Positions 19,833 to 27,719 of a stretch of 64,000 bases of DNA are shown here, piece after piece. The position numbers and the translations under genes are program-made. The stretch's first letter is position 1; every line of letters begins with the position of its first letter. Source of the stretch: Candidatus Melainabacteria bacterium 17Bon1m (GTDB lineage Bacteria; Cyanobacteriota; Vampirovibrionia; Obscuribacterales; Obscuribacteraceae); the NCBI GenBank assembly GCA_032128875.1, contig JAVLKG010000010.1, forward strand, positions 64,001 through 128,000, given 5' to 3'. Under the pieces are notes generated by a model. It had not been told where the DNA came from. It did no database searches and worked only from the letters and a program-made list of their open reading frames with translations.

Positions 19833-20028
19833 AGAACGGATATACATCAAACATCCAAAACCCATACTGAATATTGCTCGATCCTGGTAAACCAAGCGCA
19901 TCAAATTGATCCGGCGCTTGTTAATCCATTTAATATGTCCAGGATGGCACCACCTGCGGTTCTTAAGTTTGCCAAGATACCCATTCTAAAATGTCCTTTG
20001 GGGTAGTTGTGCGTATGCCTAAACGCGG

Positions 20029-20034
20029 TAAACT
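20029..20034 (+). promoter_or_regulatory. Putative -10 element (TAAACT) of structured RNA copy 2
   Basis: Same position relative to the core as in copy 1; TTGTGC lies 16 nt upstream. Confidence 0.55.
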
Positions 20035-20040
20035 AAATGC

Positions 20041-20252
20041 ATCAACGGTGAGCAATCACTCAAACGAGTTGAGAGCTTTGAGCCGAGGGGCCATGCGGAA
20101 ACGCCAGGTTGGCGCTAACCAGAAACGGTAGCAAGGAGCCCGCATCACATGAAGGACTGACTGAAGTGTGGTGAAATACTGAGCCCTCGCAAAGGGCAGT
20201 CAGGTAGTAGCATGAATACCACCGCAGAGCAATCTGGGTGGTATTTTTGTTT
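20041..20252 (+). ncRNA. Unidentified structured non-coding RNA, copy 2
   Basis: Paralog of 17757-17968 with covarying stems and terminator; no ORF of 60 aa or more overlaps it. Confidence 0.8.
20215..20252 (+). terminator. Intrinsic terminator of RNA copy 2
   Basis: AATACCACC-G-CAGA-GCAA-TCTG-GGTGGTATT then TTTGTTT; three compensatory pairs relative to copy 1. Confidence 0.85.
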
Positions 20253-20277
20253 GTTCCGCTGAGATTCAGGGCTCACT

Positions 20278-21024
20278 TTGTTCGACTTCGTCCTTCAACT
20301 ACTTAGCTTTCTGGTTATCGCCCTGCTCTACTCCTCAGTCGGGCACGGCGGTGCGACAGGATATCTCGCGATTTTATCGCTGACCAAACTGCCGCCCAAT
20401 GAAATAGCCACGACGGCATTAGTCCTCAACGTGCTCACGGCAACAGTCTCGCTGTTGTTCTTTATCGAATCAAAACACTTCAAATTGAAGGTGTGCGCGC
20501 CACTTCTTGCAACTTCGATTCCAGCAGCTTTTGTTGGTGGAATGATTTCGCTGCACAAGGGCTATTTTCTGCTGCTCGCAGTCGTTCTTTTAGTGACTGC
20601 TTTGAAAATGTTTTACGACAGCTTTCACAAACCCGCTGAAGATTACGAAACCAAGCCGATCAATTATCCTCAAGCATTCGGAATTGGCGCGGGACTTGGA
20701 CTGCTCTCTGGAATGGCTGGTATCGGTGGTGGTGTCTTCCTAAGTCCAGTTCTTTTATTTTTGAACTGGACCACGGTTAAGCAAACTTCCGCAGCGGCAG
20801 CAATTTTCATCGTCTGTAATTCACTCTCTGGGCTGATCGGCAGGGCGGTGACAAACAGATTGGAGTTTGGGTCGATAATGCCGTATTTGGTGGCATCATT
20901 TATCGGAGCGATTGCCGGATCATTTCTTGGTTCGAAAAAACTTCAAAACAATATTCTGCGGCGTGCTTTAGCCGCAGTCCTCATTGTCGCAGTATTTAAG
21001 CTGCTTTTGCTGTTCTTCAAGTAA
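20278..21024 (+). CDS. Sulfite exporter TauE/SafE (TSUP) family transporter
   Basis: YSSVGHGGATGY, SIPAAFVGG, GLLSGMAGIGGGVFLSP, about 8 TM helices. Confidence 0.92.
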   Translation: MFDFVLQLLSFLVIALLYSSVGHGGATGYLAILSLTKLPPNEIATTALVLNVLTATVSLLFFIESKHFKLKVCAPLLATSIPAAFVGGMISLHKGYFLLLAVVLLVTALKMFYDSFHKPAEDYETKPINYPQAFGIGAGLGLLSGMAGIGGGVFLSPVLLFLNWTTVKQTSAAAAIFIVCNSLSGLIGRAVTNRLEFGSIMPYLVASFIGAIAGSFLGSKKLQNNILRRALAAVLIVAVFKLLLLFFK

Positions 21025-21069
21025 GACTAAAACCGTCGGCATCCTGCCGGCAAACGATGAAGATGCATA

Positions 21070-21420
21070 CTACTTCTTCAGCAGCAGCTCTATATAAGCT
21101 TCTTCGTTGAAGCCGACGACTATTGTCTTACCTTTACGGAACGTCGGCGCTCTTAAGTTGCCCGTTGGTCCCATCATCAGTGAGGCAATTTCGTCACTGT
21201 CCGCTTTCGCCTTCTTCAAATCGAGGCGAACAATCTTTTTGCCCTTCATCGAATAAAGCTCGTCGGCCTTCGCAGCCATTTCCAACGCAGCCGTTCTATC
21301 AATTTTGTTCTTCTTCGCATCAACGACAACATCCGCTGACACATGTTTGCGCCCAAGAAACTCATGGGCTTTCACGCAGGTCTGTCAGCCATTGCGGTAA
21401 TACAGCCACTCAATTGACAT
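21070..21420 (-). CDS. ArsC/glutaredoxin-like selenoprotein (116 aa, U12-Q-T-C15)
   Basis: GGAGG RBS, ATG 21420, MSIEWLYYRNG-TGA-QTC continuing in frame into the track ORF (VKAHEFL...GPTGNLRAPT...VGFNEE); hairpin just 3' of the TGA. Confidence 0.85.
21348..21378 (-). promoter_or_regulatory. Candidate bacterial SECIS element
   Basis: mRNA after UGA: CAGACC-UGC-GUGAAA-GCCCA-UGAGUUUCU-UGGGC-GCA; apical loop begins about 20 nt after the UGA with G at loop position 2. Confidence 0.55.
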
Positions 21421-21648
21421 TTCACTAACCTCCGAAGTCGAAAAGCATTATCTCACCGGGCTCTCAAGGGGAAAAGGCAGGTCGCTTAAGGATAGCCAAA
21501 GTCTCAAACCGGGCGCCCGTGGGCGAGCGTTTGAAATCTCTGTTATTTTGCAGAATATGGGAATATCTTCTGGGGGCTCAAAGTCTCAGGAGCATTTATC
21601 AGAGGCACTAAAGGGAATCCCCAAAGACCAGTTTTAAGGAGCAGCTTC

Positions 21649-22455
21649 ATGCACTTCAATCTCACCCAATTTGCTAATCCAGGTAGCCCAAAACGGGCGA
21701 CCAGAGGGATTCGTAGCCTTCTTAAAGCTTCGGTACCAATCTGTCTATGCGCGACATTTGTCTTGGCAAATGCGGGTTGGGCGGCGGATGCCGCCTTTAA
21801 CGCAGCCGTGCAGACCTTTCACCAAGGCAAGTATGCAGCGGCTCTTGCGCAGTTTCAGGTAGTCGCTCAGAAATACCCTAACGACCCGCTGACCCGTTAC
21901 TACATGGGTCTGTGTTATCAGCACACAAATCAGGTCACGAACGCCCAAGCTATGTACACGTGGGTGGAGCAAAATGCTCGCAGCCCACAATTAAAGGCTC
22001 AGGCAAGAGCAGGGCTCGATTCTATGACGAAATACAGCCAAACCCGCAGTCATCGCGGCTCAGCGTCATCTGACCTGCCGCCCCTGCCGAGTGGCAAGCC
22101 TGACGACCCGAAAGCCCCGGCTGACCCGAAAGCTCCAAAAACTGCCGACGCAAAGAAAGAAGAAAAAGGTGCGTTGAAGTGCAAAAAGGTTATCCAATTT
22201 ACTTCTAGCTCGAGCAACGACCAGCGGACCCTTCAGTTGTTCGGACCATTTTGGGATTCTGCTCAGCAGAAGTTTCAAGGCAAGGTCGAGTTTCAGTTGG
22301 TTGACGTAGACAACGCCGGCTCAGAAGCTCTAGTTAAGAAGTACTCGCCGTCGACTTATCCACACCTAATCTATTTGGACAAAGACGGAAAAGTGCTAAA
22401 CAGCCAGGGCGGTGCTTCTGGCGACATCATCGGCACGATCGAAGGGTTTAAATAA
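21649..22455 (+). CDS. Exported TPR protein with a C-terminal thioredoxin-like domain lacking CxxC
   Basis: AAGGAG RBS, signal-like segment ending AGWA, TPR (YPNDPLTRYYMGLCY), Pro/Lys linker, Trx-like VEFQLVDVD...KY...YPHLIYLDKDGKV. Confidence 0.75.
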   Translation: MHFNLTQFANPGSPKRATRGIRSLLKASVPICLCATFVLANAGWAADAAFNAAVQTFHQGKYAAALAQFQVVAQKYPNDPLTRYYMGLCYQHTNQVTNAQAMYTWVEQNARSPQLKAQARAGLDSMTKYSQTRSHRGSASSDLPPLPSGKPDDPKAPADPKAPKTADAKKEEKGALKCKKVIQFTSSSSNDQRTLQLFGPFWDSAQQKFQGKVEFQLVDVDNAGSEALVKKYSPSTYPHLIYLDKDGKVLNSQGGASGDIIGTIEGFK

Positions 22456-22459
22456 ACTT

Positions 22460-23146
22460 CTAAGTCTTCTCTGACAGAGCGTATGCAGCAATGCCGAACG
22501 CGACAGAAACGTTCAGTGATTCTTTCATGCCTTTCATTGGCAAGTCAGCGACGATATCGCTGAGCGCCAGCGCCTCTGCAGAGACACCAGAAACCTCATT
22601 ACCGACAACCAGGCAAAGCGGCCTGGAGATTTTTCCTTCAGCGAGTAACTTAGTAAGCGGCTGAGAGTTTTCTGTTTTCTCCAACGCAACAATGTTGAAG
22701 CCGCGCTCTTTTAGTTCTCTCAAAATCTCGATGCAACCAAAACGCCATTCCCAATTGACGGTGTTTTCCGCACCAAGACTGACTTTCTCAATCTCTTTGC
22801 GAGGTGGTGCGCCGGTAATTCCGCACATATAAATCTTGTCCATGCCTGCACCATCCGCGGTGCGGAAAATTGCGCCGACATTGAACAAACTGCGCACATC
22901 TTCCACGACGGCCACAAACTGTTCTACATAACCGTTGCCACTTTTAGCGCTGTCATTGATGTTGACGATGCCCATGCGCTTGCGCTTTTCCTGCTCTCTC
23001 TCGAGCGTGGCAAAAACAGCAGCCAAACGGGCGGTAATGTGGCGCCCACAAGCAGGACATGTGGTCTTCGTGCGCCCGGCAGGAAGGTCGGCGCTGAAGC
23101 GCTCGTGACATTCCGGGTAAGGGCAAAAGGTTTCCGTAAGCGGCAT
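22460..23146 (-). CDS. SpoU/TrmH family RNA methyltransferase with N-terminal Zn ribbon
   Basis: VRSLFNVGAIFRTAD, VVGNEVSGVS, LPMKGMKESLNVSVA; CPYPEC...CPACG at the N-terminus. Start 23146 preferred over 23209. Confidence 0.9.
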   Translation of the reverse strand: MPLTETFCPYPECHERFSADLPAGRTKTTCPACGRHITARLAAVFATLEREQEKRKRMGIVNINDSAKSGNGYVEQFVAVVEDVRSLFNVGAIFRTADGAGMDKIYMCGITGAPPRKEIEKVSLGAENTVNWEWRFGCIEILRELKERGFNIVALEKTENSQPLTKLLAEGKISRPLCLVVGNEVSGVSAEALALSDIVADLPMKGMKESLNVSVAFGIAAYALSEKT

Positions 23147-23209
23147 GATGGATAAAAACCAATGGACAAGCAAGATTTCTACCATCACGAGAGTACTCCG
23201 CACAATCAC

Positions 23210-23238
23210 TTGACAAGCGGGCTTCCCTTAAATAGACG
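23210..23238 (+). promoter_or_regulatory. Putative sigma70-type promoter for acs
   Basis: Perfect TTGACA (23210-23215), 17-nt spacer, weak -10 TAGACG. Confidence 0.45.
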
Positions 23239-23401
23239 CTATTTCAGGCTCGAAAACAACACCAAGAGCCGAGTCCGCGCTAGACTATTGGACCTGTATT
23301 TAAGTTTCACCGCCCGCGAGGCGTGAAGCTCATGGCTCGTCAAGAACGGGCTGAGTTTGGGTGAACGAGCGGCAATTGCCGAAGGCAGGTAGGTGCGTAA
23401 T

Positions 23402-25222
23402 ATGAAAGTCGTAGAAAAGTCCAAGGCTACCAAACAAGGGCAGGAGACTGATACGCAAGCGAAAGGGCAGGGTCAAAAAGTGCCACGCGGAGAACGCAAA
23501 GAAATTTTGAAGAAGTTTCCAGTGAAAGTAAATCTGGAAAACTACGAGGAAGCCTACAGAACGTTTGAGTGGGAAGACGCGAAGAAGGAAATTTCCTACT
23601 TCTCCGGCGGTAAAGTCAACGCTGCATACAACGCAATCGATCGCCACCTGCATGATGGCCGCCGCAACAAGGTCGCGCTCTACGCAATCGACGCTAAAGA
23701 AAATCTGACGAAATATACCTTCCAAGAAATCTATGAGGCCTCAAACAAGATTGGCAACGCACTCAAAGAATTGGGAGTTAAGAAGGGCGATCGCGTCTTC
23801 GTCTTCTTGCCTCGCGTGCCAGAACTTTATACAGCCACCACCGCCATCGCCAAAATCGGCGCCATTGCAGGACCTCTCTTTTCCGCATTCGGACCGGATG
23901 CGCTGAGAGATAGACTGCTCGACAGCGAAGCGAAGATAGTCATCACAAATCCGCAGCTCAAGCCGAAGCTCGATGAGATTAAGGCGAGCTTGCCCAACTT
24001 GGAATACACCATCATCGTCGGCGCCGACGAATCGAAGTTGAAGCCGGGTGAATTGAGCTACGAAGCAATCATTAAGGACGCTTCCGACAAGCTCGAATGC
24101 GAGCAAATGGACCCGGAAGATCCGCTCTACCTCCTTTATACATCGGGCACCACTGGCAAAGCCAAAGGCATTGTCCACGTGCACAACGACATCATCGGGC
24201 ACCACATGACCTCGAAGTGGGTTCTCGACTTGCGCGATGACGACATCTACTGGTGCACAGCCGATCCAGGCTGGGTCACAGGCACCGTATATGGTATCTT
24301 CGGACCCTGGTCGCTCGGCGCATCCGTCGTCAGTTATGAAGGACGTTTTGACGCGCATCACTGGTATTCGGTGATCGAGCGCATGAAAGTGACCGTTTGG
24401 TACACCGCGCCCACAGCGCTGCGCATGCTCATGAAAGCTGGCGATGACGCCGTCTACGATCACGACTTGGACAGTCTGCGTCATATCTTGAGCGTTGGCG
24501 AACCACTCAACGCTGAGGTAGTTCGCTGGGGCATGAAAGTTTATGGGCTGCCGATTCACGACAACTGGTGGCAGACCGAAACAGGTATGCAACTAATCGT
24601 CAATTTGCCCTGCAATCCGATTAAGCCGGGTTCTATGGGCAAGCCGATTCCAGGAGTCTATGCGGCGTGCGTAGACGATGATGGAGAAGAAGTCGCACCT
24701 GGCAAACTTGGCAAACTCGTAGTCAAACCAGGCTGGCCAAACATGCTCCGCCAAGTGTGGCGCAACCAAGAAAAATTCAAAGAGTACTTCAAAATCCCCG
24801 GATGGTATTACTCCGGCGATAACGCATGGAAGGACACCGACGGCTACTTCTGGTTCGTTGGACGCTTGGATGACGTCATCAACACCGCCGGACACAGAGT
24901 TGGACCATTCGAAGTCGAATCCGCACTCGTCGAGCACGAAGCAGTTGCGGAAGCCGGCGTCATTGGCAAACCAGACAACGAACGCGGCGAAATCATCAAA
25001 GCATTTATCGTTCTGAAGAACGGCTACAGTGAATCTGACGAATTGTTGGAATCAATCAAAGAGCACACCAAGCGCCAATTGGCAGCACATGCCTACCCGA
25101 GAGAAATCGAGGTAAAGGACTCACTGCCCAAGACTCGCTCCGGCAAAATCATGCGTCGCGTGTTGAAAGCCAGAGAGCTGGGCTTGCCCACCGGCGACCT
25201 GTCCTCGCTGGAAGAAGACTAA
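23402..25222 (+). CDS. acsA: Acetate--CoA ligase (AMP-forming acetyl-CoA synthetase)
   Basis: YTSGTTGKAKG, WCTADPGWVTG, DNWWQTETG, GRLDDVI, LPKTRSGKIMRR. Confidence 0.95.
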   Translation: MKVVEKSKATKQGQETDTQAKGQGQKVPRGERKEILKKFPVKVNLENYEEAYRTFEWEDAKKEISYFSGGKVNAAYNAIDRHLHDGRRNKVALYAIDAKENLTKYTFQEIYEASNKIGNALKELGVKKGDRVFVFLPRVPELYTATTAIAKIGAIAGPLFSAFGPDALRDRLLDSEAKIVITNPQLKPKLDEIKASLPNLEYTIIVGADESKLKPGELSYEAIIKDASDKLECEQMDPEDPLYLLYTSGTTGKAKGIVHVHNDIIGHHMTSKWVLDLRDDDIYWCTADPGWVTGTVYGIFGPWSLGASVVSYEGRFDAHHWYSVIERMKVTVWYTAPTALRMLMKAGDDAVYDHDLDSLRHILSVGEPLNAEVVRWGMKVYGLPIHDNWWQTETGMQLIVNLPCNPIKPGSMGKPIPGVYAACVDDDGEEVAPGKLGKLVVKPGWPNMLRQVWRNQEKFKEYFKIPGWYYSGDNAWKDTDGYFWFVGRLDDVINTAGHRVGPFEVESALVEHEAVAEAGVIGKPDNERGEIIKAFIVLKNGYSESDELLESIKEHTKRQLAAHAYPREIEVKDSLPKTRSGKIMRRVLKARELGLPTGDLSSLEED

Positions 25223-25227
25223 AAGCT

Positions 25228-25252
25228 GTACGGATTGGCTTTATGCCAATCC
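25228..25252. repeat. REP-like palindrome (GTAC + GGATTGGC-TTTAT-GCCAATCC)
   Basis: 8-bp stem right after the acs stop codon. Confidence 0.45.
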
Positions 25253-25263
25253 CTGTGGAAAGG

Positions 25264-25293
25264 AAAAGGCGGTACTTAGGTGCCGCCTTTTTT
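25264..25293 (+). terminator. Intrinsic terminator after acs
   Basis: AAAAGGCGGTAC-TTAG-GTGCCGCCTTTTTT. Confidence 0.9.
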
Positions 25294-25611
25294 CGTGCTT
25301 GCCCAAATGGATTTCTCAACTTTAATATAGAAGATGCATATACACAAAGCCGAAAACCCGCTCACTATCAGACCAACTAAGACCTATATCATTGCTAAGC
25401 TCGGCACAACCGGCTCGCGATCCACTATTCTATAAATAGGGAAATTTACGGATTAGCTAGAAAACCCGCTGCAGCCGGCACCGGGCAGCAATCTATCCAA
25501 TTGCATACCAATGGATATCGAAAAAATATATCCACAGGGATGTGAATTGAACTTTTTTGCGTCTTGCGACGTATTAATCATTAGAGACTGGAAACAGGCG
25601 GATAGGAAATC

Positions 25612-26985
25612 ATGAGCAACGACTACTCAATGGGAGACGCAACGCTAGAGCGTTTGCCACCGCAGTCAATTGAAGCGGAGCAGGCGGTCCTTGGCTCCAT
25701 TATGATTTCTCCGGACGGCATTACGCGCGTTGTAGACGTACTGCAACCGGAGTTTTTCTACAGAAAGTCACACCAGGTCATCTATGCGGCAATGCTCGAT
25801 TTGTACGAGAAGAGCGAGCCTATTGATCTGGTCACCGTTTCCCAATATTTGAAAGACGAGGACAAACTCGACCACGTCGGCGGACGTCAATACATCACCG
25901 ACTTAGGCTTGGCAGTTGCAACAACAGCCAACATGGAATACTACGCGAAGACCGTTGAAGAGAAAGCTTTGCTCAGACAATTGATCAAAGCGGGCACGGA
26001 AATTGTGCAAGGCGCGTATGAAGAAACAGATGCGAGCGTCGCAGTAGACAAAGCGGAGCACCTCATTTTCGGTCTTGCAGAAAGACGAAATCTCCAGCAG
26101 TTAGTACACATCAAGCACGTCGTCGAATCTTCATTTCAAAAGATCGAGCAACGGTATGAGCAGCGCGACGCATTGTCCGGCGCACCTTCAGGTTTCTATG
26201 ACCTCGATGCTATGACGTCCGGATTTAACCCTTCCGACTTGGTCATCATCGCGGCTCGCCCCTCCATGGGTAAAACAGCGTTCGTTCTCAACATCGGGCA
26301 GTACGTGGCACAGGAAGCTAATCTTCCGGTCGCTATCTTCAGTCTTGAAATGTCGCGCGAACAGCTCGTAATGAGAATGCTGTGCGCGGAAGCAGGCATC
26401 GACGCTAACAGATTGCGCTCCGGTCACCTGCATACGAATGACTGGACTCAACTCGCACTCGCAATGGGTAGACTCGGCGAAGCGCCGCTCTTCATCGACG
26501 ACTCCGCGATGGTCACAGCCAACGAAATCCGCGCAAAATGCCGCCGCCTGAAATCAGAGTGCAAAGGCATCGGCATGATAATCATCGACTACATCCAGTT
26601 GATGCAGGGTAGAAAAGCAACCGACAACCGTCAACAGGAAGTATCGGAAATCTCGCGTTCGCTCAAGCAGCTTGCTCGTGAATTGAGTTGCCCGGTGCTA
26701 GCACTGTCTCAGCTTTCACGCGCCGTAGAAGCTCGCCAAAACAAGCGCCCGATGCTTTCAGACTTGAGAGAATCGGGATCCATCGAGCAAGATGCGGACC
26801 TTGTGATGTTTATATACCGGGATGAATACTACAACCCGGAATCAGATAAGCGCGGCGAAGCAGAAATTATCATTGCAAAACAAAGAAACGGCCCGGTCGG
26901 CACTGTGGACCTGCTCTATCAATCGAGCGTAACAAAGTTCTTAAACAAGGTGCACAATCAATTCACACCAGCGTATGAAGGTTAG
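25612..26985 (+). CDS. dnaB: Replicative DNA helicase
   Basis: PPQSIEAEQAVLG, AARPSMGKT, IIDYIQLM, LSQLSR, SDLRESGSIEQDAD, KQRNGP; no intein. Confidence 0.98.
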   Translation: MSNDYSMGDATLERLPPQSIEAEQAVLGSIMISPDGITRVVDVLQPEFFYRKSHQVIYAAMLDLYEKSEPIDLVTVSQYLKDEDKLDHVGGRQYITDLGLAVATTANMEYYAKTVEEKALLRQLIKAGTEIVQGAYEETDASVAVDKAEHLIFGLAERRNLQQLVHIKHVVESSFQKIEQRYEQRDALSGAPSGFYDLDAMTSGFNPSDLVIIAARPSMGKTAFVLNIGQYVAQEANLPVAIFSLEMSREQLVMRMLCAEAGIDANRLRSGHLHTNDWTQLALAMGRLGEAPLFIDDSAMVTANEIRAKCRRLKSECKGIGMIIIDYIQLMQGRKATDNRQQEVSEISRSLKQLARELSCPVLALSQLSRAVEARQNKRPMLSDLRESGSIEQDADLVMFIYRDEYYNPESDKRGEAEIIIAKQRNGPVGTVDLLYQSSVTKFLNKVHNQFTPAYEG

Positions 26986-27700
26986 CTACTTCAAGTTCGC
27001 ACGACCTTTAGTCCTAATCGTTTTGGCTTGCCTTCCAACGCAGGCCAAAAGCTATAGCGACGAAATTAGAAAAGCCGATATTGTTTTGTCTATCAAGGAT
27101 GCGAATTCCCTTGATGTAGGAATTGGTTGTATTAGGAATGGAAAGAGAGAGCCGTTGTACTTTTCACAGGAATTCTTACGAGGCTTCCTTCGACGAGAGC
27201 GGCAAAAGGACCTGATTCTGGTTTGTCAGCGAAAGCATGGATTGCTGAACGAATCGCTCAAGAAACTGATAAGAGCCGTGGGTTTTAGAAGAATCGTCAC
27301 TTGCGACTTGAAGGCGGATGATGTTTACGCAGCCAGAAGACGAATGACAAAAGCGAAAAGCGAAAACGCCAGTATAGCCAAGTATAGTGGACTACGAGAA
27401 CTAGAGTGCGTCGCTACGGCGGATCAACTCACAATGAATATTGGAATGGAAATCAAATGTCCAAATAGTGATGTTCGTACGCAAGTTGTTTCGGATTCAA
27501 TGTTTACACGAGAAGAATTGCTTCCCTTTCTCCAACAGGATGTTAAAAGGCAATCGCTCGCAATAACCTTGCCAAAAAACTTCTCGAAAATTGAAGAAGA
27601 AAAAATAAGAACATTTGTGGCAGAGTCCAACTTTCCGCACTTTGAGATCGAACGTTCACGGGGATTTTTCAAAGGAATACCAATCCCCTTTGGTCCTTAG
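26975..27700 (+). CDS. Hypothetical exported protein
   Basis: 241-aa ORF with a signal-peptide-like N-terminus, overlapping the end of dnaB. Confidence 0.6.
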   Translation: MKVSYFKFARPLVLIVLACLPTQAKSYSDEIRKADIVLSIKDANSLDVGIGCIRNGKREPLYFSQEFLRGFLRRERQKDLILVCQRKHGLLNESLKKLIRAVGFRRIVTCDLKADDVYAARRRMTKAKSENASIAKYSGLRELECVATADQLTMNIGMEIKCPNSDVRTQVVSDSMFTREELLPFLQQDVKRQSLAITLPKNFSKIEEEKIRTFVAESNFPHFEIERSRGFFKGIPIPFGP

Positions 27701-27719
27701 AAGATTCGACAAATCGAAA

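Noticed and set aside
17757-20252. The duplicated element as composite-transposon ends, a CRISPR array, T-box, FMN, SAM or Moco riboswitch, or hammerhead
   Set aside because: No transposase, terminal inverted repeats or spacers. Only isolated words match (GGTGAAAT, GGGTGGTA inside a terminator, CTGA/GAA) without the rest of each consensus. Judged from memory, so an Rfam scan is still needed.
21070-21420. Pseudogene reading of the in-frame TGA
   Set aside because: The stop falls exactly at the catalytic Cys position, the rest of the frame is intact and a hairpin follows, so Sec recoding fits better.
23741-24937. Long antisense ORFs opposite acs (similar ones opposite dnaJ, dnaK, the epimerase and yyaL)
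   Set aside because: Expected antisense shadows of conserved genes with biased codon use.
25223-25611. Replication origin
   Set aside because: Only two or three imperfect DnaA boxes, no perfect box and no clear unwinding element.
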